DNA of 63,964 nt, filler included, from Reclinomonas americana ATCC 50394 (lineage: Eukaryota), in assembly GCA_048213135.1 (NCBI GenBank). It is 17 parts of 17 records of this genome, joined end to end, with 100 filler letters (N's around TTAATTAATTAA, not from the genome) between each part and the next. Parts side by side here need not be neighbours in the genome. Positions count along the whole stretch, not along the records: positions 35,452 to 43,133 come from AFZH01023916.1; positions 43,234 to 45,171 come from AFZH01023917.1; positions 45,272 to 47,669 come from AFZH01023918.1; 14 more parts are not named here. The stretch is one strand, 5' to 3'. The notes beneath the pieces were generated by a model. It made no database searches. It was not told where the DNA came from and was given only the letters and a program-made list of their open reading frames with translations. The translations under genes were made by a program, and so were the position numbers. This document shows, in pieces, positions 35,883 through 46,922 of the stretch. How positions within the stretch are numbered: position 1 is the stretch's first letter; the number at the start of each line of letters is the position of its first letter.

Positions 35883-37200
35883 TCACCACCCCGCCGACCG
35901 CCTTTCAATCACCTCCGCCTCCTCCAGCACGAAGCACCGCAGCACGACATCGACGAGGATCCAGTCGCGATCATCATCTTCTTCTTCAGCAAGCAGCTCG
36001 TTGACGGCCAGCACGGCCAGTCGCGCCGCCACAATCTCATGCCCGGCAAGTCCACGCGGCGTGGACCACACACGCACGGTGGTGTCACGACCCCCGGCAC
36101 TCACAACGTGCTGACTGTCGGGCGTGATCGCAACAGAGTGCACCCAAAACGTGTGCCCTTCCATCCGTCGCACCTCCTCGCCCCCACTCGCCAGCGACCA
36201 CATACGCACTGTGTGGTCCACCGATCCACTGACAATGTACTGTCCATTGGTAGCGACGGCGACTGACAACACCCATGCCGTGTGCCCCTCTAACCGTTGC
36301 ACGACCTTTCCACCGCTCGCCAGCGACCACACTCGAATGGTGTTGTCGGCACTGCCACTCACCACTGTTACGTGCTTCGCACACTCCCCCCCTTACATGC
36401 CATTTATACCCCCCTTATATATGCTTTTCATAGCTTCTGCTCCTTGACCCTTTGTTCTTGACCCTCGGGTACGTGACCCTTAACCCGTTACCCTTGACCC
36501 TTGCAATGGGAGACCTCATATAAGGCAATCAAGGGGGGGAGTGTGCGAAGCCTGTGACACCACGTACTGACCATCAGGAGTGACGGCGACAGACTCCACC
36601 GAGTCCGCGTGCCCCTCCAGCCAGCGCACCAGCTTGCCACTCGCCAGGGACCACACTCGCAGAAAAAGGTCCTGGCTACCGCTGAACCACGTGATGCCCG
36701 TCGGGAGTGACGGCGACAGACGTCACCTCGTTCGTGTGCCCCACCAGTTGTCGCACCTGTTCTCCACTCGCCAGCGACCACACTCGCACAGTCTTGTCTC
36801 CACCTCCGCTCACAATGAGGCGACCATCGGGGGTGACGGCAACAGACCGCACCCGCCCAGTGTGGCCCTCCAGTCGTCGCACTTGCTCGCGAGTCGCAAA
36901 GGACCACACTCGCACAGTCTTGTCGTTACTCCCGCTCACTATGTGCTCACCATCGGGGGTGACGGCGACAGACCGCACCCATGCAGTGTGTCCGTGCAGG
37001 CGATTCACTTCCTTGCCGCTCGCCAGAGACCACACGCGCACCGTCATGTCGTCACTGGCACTCACCGCGTGCTGGCCGTCGGGAGTGACGGCGACAGACC
37101 ACACCCTTCCAGCGTGTCCCCTCAAGACCTGCAATGCGGGGAGGGTGTGAGAGAGGTGATTCTCCTATTGTTTCGCGCTGTGCTCTGCTGTCTGCGTCAG

Positions 37201-37235
<35 letters not shown>

Positions 37236-37335
37236 CACACGCACGCACACTAACGCTCACACATACGCACTCGCGCACACAAGCACACAACACCCGCAAA
37301 CACGTGCACACCTTTGTCGTTCTGCTGTTCTCCAT
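35883..37335 (-). pseudogene. 7xWD40 + same tail paralog, interrupted by a MITE and a +1 indel
   Basis: Exon 1 MENSRTTK (37335-37312), phase-0 intron, exon 2 from 37128; extra base near 36685; removing the insert and one CCAC restores TPDGQYVVSGSADNTIRVW. Confidence 0.85.
36366..36559. mobile_element. 194-bp non-autonomous TIR element (MITE), Ginger/TDD-like termini
   Basis: Left TGTTACGTGCTTCGCACACTCCCCCCCTT versus reverse complement of right end TGTCACAGGCTTCGCACACTCCCCCCCTT; CCAC duplicated at 36362-36365 and 36560-36563. Confidence 0.9.
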
Positions 37336-37642
37336 CAGTCTCTGCGGCGTAGAGCGGTGTGACTTTCTGCGCAGTACAAGTGTGATTGCGATCGTGATTG
37401 CATGAACTTTGATCGGATCGGGACGAGGGTGTTCAGATGCGTCCCGACGTCGCCGTGATGATGATAATCGAACGAGAAGAGTTGTACACCATCGGTGACA
37501 GGGACACTAGTACTGGAGGAAGTGGAACTCGAGATGCCTGGGGCACGGCGAATGTCCTGTCGTATCGCGATCCGTCTGACAACAAAAGTGACCGAACTCT
37601 GGCGTGAGAACAACACAGAATCGAACAACAAATCAGCGAGCG

Positions 37643-38282
37643 ATGACAACGGTGAGCAACGTGCGACGCACATTGTGAGTGTGTATGTGCGTGATACTCT
37701 CAGCACAACTCATCTTGTCGCGCAGTTTCGAGTGCGCGTGAGCGCTGCGCATGATGTCAAGGAACTGACGATAGAGGCGTTGGGCCTGACAACCGCTTCC
37801 ACTCTCGCCGACCTTCTCGCCGACGCCACACACAGACTGCGTGAAAAAAGTGGTGACGCCGCAATGGAGATTGTGGGCGTGGAGAAGCCGCTGCCATTTG
37901 ACATAGAGCGGCTGAGCACTGTTCCACTCGGAGTCTTGGGCATCTCGGGCAACACAGACCTCGTTGTGCGCGTCGCTCTCTCGGCTGGCGCAGTTGCCTC
38001 CAGGTATGTCTTCCACCTCTGCCCCTGGTCACTCATGTACATGTGCCTGCGATGTCTCATTGATCATGGCACCCAAGATCGTGGCCACTGTCGACGGGTG
38101 TCACAGAACAATGGTGAGTGTCCAGGTCTTGATATGTGTTTGCTGTTGTTGCTTTTCACTCTGTTAAGTGAGTGTTTGTGCTTGCGTGTGCGGGCAAGTG
38201 AGGGAGAATCGAATGGGTACGCTGCGAATGCGCAAGTGAACAGCGGAAGATTGAGACTTAACCTTGGAGAGTGAAGAGAGTG

Positions 38283-38320
<38 letters not shown>

Positions 38321-41300
38321 GAGAGTGTGTGGCCACGTGGGAGAGTGGGAATGTCAGATCTAGAAACCCTTGAGTGATCTGTGTGAGTTCGCAGAGAGTG
38401 TATGTACCACGCTTGCTTTTACCGCAGCGCTGCACTCAACACTCGACTATGTGACACAGGTCGATCAACTCGCAGCGCTTCAACATGGCCTTTGAGGTGG
38501 TGGAGGAGGCCGTGCGCCTGCGCTGTCGACGCGCACTGGCGCAGTTCAGTCGCGATCATGCCGACTTTGACGTGCGGGCATGGGTGCCAAGTTTCACGCC
38601 TGCCGGTATGAATGTGGTGGCGGTGAAGGCGTGGCGTGAACGACATGCTCCGCACCGATCTGGTCGAGTTGCGTTGTTCAAGGAGAAGCAGCTTGCGGTG
38701 TCGGCTTGGCGTGCTGCGTTTGACGCCGATCCGTCGTCCGACCCTTCGTGTGACGGGCTCGACACGACGGCGCTCACGTCAATCATGCTGTATGGTGGAT
38801 TTGTTCAAGATGGCGACCGCAAGCTGCTGATTGATGATGGCGATGAACGGAAGGCGGTGGAGGAGCTGCACTATATCAGGAACAAGCTTAGACACGATGA
38901 GCTGCCATTGACAGTTGTCACAGTGCAGCAGTACCTTGGTGACGGAGGTGTGTTTCTCTCCATTCTCTCACGATTGCAGCTGACGGTTAATAAGCGTGCT
39001 CGATTCAGTGCTCGCATCAGTGAGGCACGTCACGCTCGATTCATCGTGGACACATTCGAGGAGCGGCTTCATCGGCTGGCTGTGCGTGAGCTCTCGTTCT
39101 ATCAGCACGATGAGAGTGTGCGCAAGGACATGCAGATGTATGTGCCGCTGCTGTGTTCCCGGAAACGAGATGCCAGAAGAGACCTAGCGGATCTTTTGAA
39201 GGAAGTGGATGCTTTTCTCTCCGACGCTAACATCGCACACCGTGTGCTGGTGATATTTGGCAACAGCGGAGCTGGTAAGACCACCACCATGTCGGTGCTG
39301 GCTGAGCGAGCATGGCGACAGTGGCAGACGAGAGAGAGCAGACGAGTGCCAGTGCGTGCGCCTCTTGGTGCCCTGCGCAACGCTGATGAGCGATTGCTGG
39401 AGGAATCGCTGACGCGTCTGTCTCCGGAAATGAGCGCAAAGGGCGATGCCCGACGACTGAAAGAGGTACCACTGCTTTTGTTGCTAGATGGGTATGACGA
39501 GTTGTACCGTGGTGTGAATCTGTTTGTCAAGAACCAGCTGGATGTATGCCGCGATGTGAAGGTGATTATCACCTGCCGAGGTGATTATGCACTTACGGCA
39601 TTGGGTGGTGTGACACAGTATCGACGGTTGTTTGCGCCAGTTGACTCCAACGGTCAGCTACGTATGGAGCAGCTAATGGAGCGACACATTGCACCATTCG
39701 ACGAATCGCAAGTGAAGGAGTACTTTGGTCGGCTAGTTCAGTTGCATGTCGGTGAAGGTGACGACTGTGTTCCATGGACAACAGCCGACGAATACATGAT
39801 GTCTATGCGACAAGTACGTGGACTGATTGCACTTGTGTCCAATCCATTCCTGTTGACGGTGGCGGCTCGTGTGTTACCACAGTTGGTGGCGAGTGGTGTG
39901 CAACGACCGACTCGGTGTGATGTGTTTGAACGATTCATTCGACAGTGGATTGTAAGGGAGCAGGAGCGACAAGCACGAGTCGTCGGTGATACACGTGACC
40001 AACGCATCCCACGCGAGGGTGTATGTGTAGCTTTCTGTGAGGGACTGGCGCGGTTGATGCATGAGAGGAATGTGGTGCGTGTGTCCGTGGCAGAGAGTCT
40101 GTCTGGTGAGCGTGGAGAGGTGGACATTACTGAATTTGGCGGTGCGCCACTCGCCTCGTCACGAGTGGAAGAGGGACCGTTTGACAAGTTCCTCGGGCAC
40201 AAGAACCAACATGTGCGAGTGTGCTGTCCGATTGTGCGACGGTATGGGACGACGCAGTGGGGATTTGTGCATCTGTCGTTGCTGGAGCACTGTGTGGCAC
40301 GACATGTGTTTGCATGGGAGACGTGGGATGAGGAGAGGAGATTGACACTGCAAGATGTGCAGCAACATGTGCTCGCGGTGCGACTGCTGAATGATCGACC
40401 TTCGTTGGTGGAGCAGATGGCTGAGGTGGTGCGACGGTCTCCTGCGTTGCAGGTGAGACTGTGGGAGGCTATTGAGATGTCACGCGAGGTGGATGAGGAG
40501 CGAGTGGTGACGGCGGCAGCGAATGCGGCGACGGTGTTGTGTGTGGCACAAGTGTCGTTCAGTGGGCGCGATCTGTCGGGTGTGCGAGTGAGGGGTGCGG
40601 ATTTGAGGGATGCGGTGATGCACCGGACGGTGTGGAGGGGAGCGGATTTGCGGGGGGTGAATTTGTGCTCGGCGTATGCGAAGGAGGCAGATTTCACAGG
40701 AGCGGATGTGATGGATGTGAAGTGGCCGAGGAAGCCAATGGTGGGACACACTGGCTTGGTGTGGGCTGTCACTGTCACTCCTGATGGTCAGCACATTGTC
40801 AGCGGTGGTTATGATAGAACAGTAAGAGTGTGGTCCGTGATGAGTGGTGAGGAAGTGCAACGGTTGGAGAACCACGAGGACTGGGTGCTGTCGGTTGCGG
40901 TCACTCCAGACGGTCAGCACATCGTAAGTGGGAGCGAGGATAAAACCGTGCGCCTGTGGTCAGTGGCGAGTGGGGAAGAGGTACGACGACTGATGGGACA
41001 CACTGACGCTGTACGAACCGTAGTTGTGACTCGCGACGGCCAGCTCATTGTGAGTGGCAGTGGGGACAAGACAGTGCGAGTGTGGTCGGTGGCAAGTGGT
41101 GACGAGTTACGACGGTTGGACGGCCACACGGAGTGGGTGCGTTCCGTCACTGTTACTCCGAATGGGCAGCACATAGTTAGCGGCAGCGGTGACAAGACGG
41201 TTCGAATTTGGTCTCTGGCGAGTGGAGATGAGGTGCGACGATTTGAGGGACACACTAAACCAGTGTCATCTGTTGCCGTCACTCCTGATGGTCACTATAT

Positions 41301-42336
41301 TGTCAGTGGGAGTTGGGACAAGACTGTACGAGTGTGGTCCGTGACGAGTGGCGAAGAGGTGCGACGGTTAGAAGGTCACAGCGACTGGGTGCGTTCTGTT
41401 GCCATCACTCCCGATGGCCAGCACATTGTTAGTGGTAGTAGAGATAAAACTGTTCGAGTTTGGTCTCTCTCGACTGGAGAAGAAATGCGTCGGTTGAAGG
41501 GACACACTGACCGAGTGTCGTCCGTTGTCGTCATTCCCGACGGTCAGCACGTTGCAAGTGGGAGCTGGGATAAGTCGGTTCGAGTGTGGTCACTTGCGAG
41601 TGGAGAGGAAGTGCGGCGGTTGGAGGGGCATGCTGATGAGGTGCGGTCTGTTGCCATCACACCCGATGGTCAGAATGTGGTGAGCGGTAGTGTTGACACG
41701 ACAGTGCGAGTGTGGTCTGTGGCAAGCGGAGAAGAAGTGCGACGACTTGAAGGACATGTTGGCCCAGTGCAGTCCATCGCCGTCACTCCAGATGGTCAAC
41801 ACATCGTGAGCGGCAGTGGCGACGCGACTGTCCGAGTGTGGTCCTTGGCGAGTGGTGAGGAAGTGCGACGGCTGCAGGGACACACTGGCGCTGTGCGGCA
41901 CTTGGTCGTCACTCCCGATGGCCAGTATATCGTGAGCGGGAGTGGAGACAAAACTGTGCGGGTGTGGTCACTGGCGAATGGTGAAGAAGTTCAACGATTA
42001 GAAGGACACACCAATGTGGTGTCGTCCGTCGCAGTCACTCCTGATGGTCGACATATTGTAAGTGGCAGTGCTGACCAGACAGTGCGAGTGTGGTCTGTGG
42101 CGAGTGGTCAAGAGGTACGACATGGAAGTTTGGACGAACTCAGCCATGCATATGGCGGCCTGTCTCCGTCTGTGTCGGCGCATGCGATCGCGAGTTGCGC
42201 GAATTTGATTCCTATTCCGTTCGGAAGCGCTGTTCTCTTGAGTAGTCGTGCTGGGTTGCACGAGCGCATATTAGGTTCGTTCCTCCCGGAGTTTGGCGAC
42301 GCTGTTGACGTCCATCAGCGACACCGGTACAGGTGA
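37643..42336 (+). CDS. NLR-like STAND protein: ubiquitin-like - HEPN - NACHT - pentapeptide repeat - 11xWD40
   Basis: Phase-compatible exons 37643-37651, 37726-38003 and 38460-42336; RNKLRH at 38878-38895; Walker A GNSGAGKT at 39259; Walker B LLLLLDGYDE; IITCR; NPFLL; FVHLS; FSGRDLSGVRVRGADLRDA; 11 WD40 repeats of 126 bp at 40744-42120. Confidence 0.88.
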
Positions 42337-42810
42337 CTGCGATAGAACAGCTTGTCAGTGACGGTGACCGTGACGCTGGCTATTGGAGTCGAATATTAGC
42401 TTGCATGCAAACAAAAACTGATGAAGGGATGTATATTCTATATACATCATACCCGCTGCGAGTCTCTTCCCAGCACATCACATGTTCATTGTGACAAGCG
42501 GTCCACTCTGCAACGTGCTCACGATGAGAAGGCTGGAAAGTACCTACGCCTTGCTCAAGCCGTTCAGGAGCGTACTGGCAAGCGAGTAGTGTTCGTACCG
42601 TTGGTCTTTGGCACTGGTGGCATTGTCTCGACACTGACGGCCAATGGTCTGGCCGATTTGGTGCACAAGCATTCTACCAGCCAGCGACGCAGTGATGATG
42701 ACACAGAGCGCCTTCTGCGCAGGTGCTGTGCGTCTGTCGCCCGACACGATCATGTCATTTGGGCGGCACACGTGGCTGCCTGTGTTAGCGTCACCACTGC
42801 ACGGCAGTAA
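42130..42810 (+). mobile_element. Degenerate 3' relic of an RLE-type non-LTR retrotransposon
   Basis: AHDEKAGKYLRLAQ..FVPLVFGTGG fits the K..KY / F.P.v.e..G motif of restriction-like endonuclease domains; HAIASC may be a Zn-knuckle remnant; left boundary approximate. Confidence 0.55.
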
Positions 42811-43267
42811 CCGCTGACACTGGCTCTGCTTTCACGCAACCAGCATGTCTTGCACGTTCTTCCCCTCCACCGCCATCACTGTACATAATGACAGGTGTGT
42901 GTGTGTGTGCTCGAAGTGAGCAGAGACTGAATAATAATCTTTCGCTGATTTTTCTTTTCTTGCGCTTGTGTGTTTGTGCAGATGCTCCGGAGAGCGCTGC
43001 AACGTCTGCTGTGCGGCGCAGGCACAACATGAGAGCGGCAGTGACAACTTCCGTGAGCAACAACAACAACACCATCACCAACAACAACCTCTCATGGTAC
43101 GAAAGAACGAGCAAACTCTCAAATGCATCTCAGNNNNNNNNNNNNNNNNNNNNNNNNNNNNNNNNNNNNNNNNNNNNTTAATTAATTAANNNNNNNNNNN
43201 NNNNNNNNNNNNNNNNNNNNNNNNNNNNNNNNNAACAGCTTTCAATTACTGCGCCTCCAAATCGCCT

Positions 43268-43372
43268 TCACCACCCCGGCGCACGCCATTCAACCACCTC
43301 TGCCTCCTCCAGCACGAAGCAACGCAGCACGACATCGACGAGCATCCAGTCGCGATCATATTCTTCAGCAAG
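43268..43372 (-). pseudogene. Orphan copy of the WD40-family C-terminal tail
   Basis: LAEEYDRDWMLVDVVLRCFVLEEAEVVEWRAPGW*, with no WD40 repeats upstream. Confidence 0.85.
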
Positions 43373-43484
43373 CCGTGAACACTGCAATTCATTTCTGCGC
43401 TGCAGCCAGGTGGAATAGGGAAGCCTCGATGCGGCAAGTAGCAGTCACAAAAAATGAAAAAAAAAACGTTGAATTGTCGCTCCC

Positions 43485-44870
43485 TCAAGTACGATATCCC
43501 GCCGCCGACATCGGTGCTGTCTGTGGCACTCCAGCCTGTCGGTTATTACTAGCTTGTCCAGATTGTTGCTGTTGATACTGCTGGGCCAGGGTCACCATCG
43601 CCGGCTGGGGCGCCACCGCGGAAAGTACCACACCTGACACGTCGTGGGCAGGTGGCACTGGCACGGCACCCGTCGGCCTTCCCAGCGTGAACACCAGCTG
43701 GATGGAATCGGAGAAGTCGTCAGTGAAGATGCCCTGATCAAGCGCCTGCACGTGCGCGATGCTTAGAAGATGATGACAAGCGTACCCCGATGCTGGTGGA
43801 GAACGCTGGCGCTTCCACATAGTTTCTGCCGTCTCCGAGTCCCCACCGGCGGTACTGCAGGCTGATGTCCAGCTCGACGCCGCGAGTCATCAATAGTCCC
43901 TTCTTCTGCTGGCAGAGAGCATTCATGGCATCGCACAACTGCAAACAAGGGGGGATGACGGTGCCCGCCAGTTAGTGATCGTCACAGCAGCAAAGTACCG
44001 CAGCAAATACAGAAGACGGCTCGCTCTTCGAAGCGAGAAAGTCAATAGAAGCGATGGTGCACAAAAAAGCCGCGATCGCGACTTCGTTTCGCTACGACAG
44101 CCTCTTCTATGACAGTCTCTCTCGCCAACTTGGTGTCCCTCACTTGTTACCACACAGCGAGAACCAACCTTCCGGTGCGCTGGAACCAATTCGTCCCTCG
44201 CGCGCTGCTTGCGATCGTACAGCCAGCAGCCGGCGCAGGAGTCGCGGCAGCACACCCAGCAGCAAAAAAGCCCCAAGCAAAAGCACAGCACGGGTGACGA
44301 CTCGCACACTGGAGTCTCATCATTGAACCTGGACAAACAGAATACCGTGGTACGTCCGATTCCAATACATGAGCAGCACCATAAGGCGCGTTTCTTGCGA
44401 TGGGCGACTCACCGATTGGCCACCCGCAGGTACTCTATCATGTGTGGGTTAAGCGCGGCGGTAAATTCTCCCAGCAGCAGGCGCCACTCGTGTCTGTTGA
44501 GAAGCAAAATGAGTCGTGGACGTGTGCAGAAGCAGGAAAGGTAAACCATGCGAAACTCAGTGATCTGTGACCATATGCATGCATATCAATCAATCAGTTT
44601 CGTAATGGAGAGTAGCAAAGCAACGGCACGGCTCGGACGCAACATATGGCTGTAGGTAGACAGAGTACGGACTGAGAGAGAGGGAGATGAGTAGATAGTC
44701 AATACAACAAGCGGAGGGCGCCACCACGTACCTGTCAAATGAGCGCTCTCCGTAGTACGCATACACCTTGAGAGGAGTGTTTTCAAGCTGCGCGGCCCGG
44801 TAGGTGCCTCTGGCAGGATACTTGAGGTCTGCAGGGAAGCAGCATGCAGTGGCAGCGCAAGCGATAAAGT
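43485..44870 (-). CDS. Unknown multi-exon eukaryotic protein
   Basis: Protein-like segments (YPARGTYRAAQLENTPLKVYAYYG; LDQGIFTDDFSDSIQLVFTLG followed by a low-complexity tail) with intron-like spacers. Confidence 0.35.
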
Positions 44871-45282
44871 ACAAACGCCAGTGTCAGCTCGACTTTCTCT
44901 TCCATCGCTTCTGGCTAGTCTCAGTATCTCGTGCTCACTCAAGATGATGGCAATAGTGCAGCCATACGTGTTGGTGTTTTGTCGGTGCTGTGAGCGCGTT
45001 GGTTCCTCACTAGAGTGTAGTACCCTCTGCTCACCAGTGGGGATTGCTTGCGCTGCGAGGGGGATGTGGGCGATGAGTGACAGATTTCCGCTCTATATAC
45101 GTTGTATGTTGCTCACCTTGCACGGGAAGCGCCAGCTGTGCAGCAGCGATCGCATTGTCGACTTCGCCAAANNNNNNNNNNNNNNNNNNNNNNNNNNNNN
45201 NNNNNNNNNNNNNNNTTAATTAATTAANNNNNNNNNNNNNNNNNNNNNNNNNNNNNNNNNNNNNNNNNNNNCGTACGTCGTA

Positions 45283-45447
<165 letters not shown>

Positions 45448-46104
45448 TTCTCCTTCTTCGCCCGCTGCGTTCGCTCATCCCTCTGCGTACCCAGCTGCTG
45501 CACCAATGTGCAGAACTCGCGCGAGATCTCCGACTGGAACCTCAACACCACCTCGCTGGCCATGCGCAAGTGAGCGTCGCTGGTTGGTTGCCGGCTTACG
45601 CGCTTTTCTTTTCCTCGATCCCTTGCTTTTCTGGCCACGACTTTTTTTTTTTCCCAATGTCGCGTTTGCGTCGGGAGTGGTGTGCTGTGTTCATTGAAGG
45701 TGACGATTCGTTGGTCAGTGCTTGGAAGGCCCCCTCGTATCCTCTGTCTGTGCATTCACCGACAAACAAGCAACAGCTGTCTTGATGGCAAAGTCTAAAA
45801 CGTCAACACAGACACCAGTCTTGAGGCAGCAGTGTTTCTGTCGAGGGTGCGGTCACTGTTGAGGAGAATGCCACTCGCAGCTGCGGACCGTGGTTGGGGG
45901 TGCAGAGCTTTTTTCTTACTTGCAGTGACAGCAGCAAGTCGCAATCTCAGTTGCAGAAAGCTCTCGACTTCCCTCCTTCCCTTTTACAGCGACGAGGAAA
46001 AGCAACTCTCCATCAAAGTAATTCGCGCCGCCCTTAGTTTACAAACTGCACAGCAAACAAAGCGTCGTCCTCGTCCCGACAAATCCGACGCTGTTCACCA
46101 CGCC

Positions 46105-46922
46105 ATGGCATTCCCCTTCAAAGGTTCCCCTCTCCCTTCCACCCTTTCTCTCTCTCTCTCCATCCCTCCCCTCACTCCTCTCCTCCTCACAGTCGTCGTC
46201 ATTGGCGATCCAGGCGTGGGTGAGTTGTCTTGCCGCCCTTCACACACCCTCACTCTCACACACTCACACTCCCTCAGGCAAGACCTCCATGATGGTGCGC
46301 TGGGCGTGGGACGAGTACGACGAGTCCTCCGTGCCCTCTGGCTGCGTGTTCGTCTGCCACCCTCTCCCCACACTCTTCGCACACACATTCGCTCACTCTC
46401 AGCACAGCAACTGGAACACCCCAGTGCGTTTCGGTGGCCTCATCAGAAGCCTCATGCTGTGGGACTGTGTCAGTGACACCGAGGTAGGCGACAGGCAACG
46501 CATCAACGTGGCCTACCCGCTGTGTCGCGCAGTGATGCTGGTCTTCGCACTCGACAATCGCCTCTCGTTGGAGCACGTGACAACGCGGGTGAGCGGGAGA
46601 ACTCAGCAAGCTCACTGCTATGTGAGGACTCACGCAGGGCGACTGTGCGCAGTGGTGGCCCGAGGTGCAACGCCACGTGCATCCACCAGTGCCGGTGTAT
46701 GTGGTCGGCACGAAACGCGATGTGCGCGATGCCGCCGATGACGATGATCCCCTCGGTCGCAAGCTCGCCGCTGAAGCGTGCGTGACGACTGAGGAGGGGC
46801 GGGCGGTGGCCAGGGACATTGGCGCGCAGGCGTACTTTGAGGTGTCGGCCAAGTGCGATCCGCAGAGCGTCAGCACCGCCATGCGAACGCTCTTGGGAGT
46901 TGCGTCTTGTGTCGGCGTGTAA
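46105..46922 (+). CDS. Divergent Rho/Rac-family small GTPase (about 4 introns)
   Basis: MAFPFK|VVVIGDPGVG|KTS, LMLWD, AYP..VMLVFALDNRLSLEHVTTR|WWPEV, VVGTKRD, Rho insert, YFEVSAK, CAAX CVGV*. Confidence 0.88.

Noticed and set aside
43600..43950. PTEN/tensin C2-like ending (LDQGIFTDDFSDSIQLVF)
   Set aside because: Resemblance too weak, and no phosphatase motif was found.
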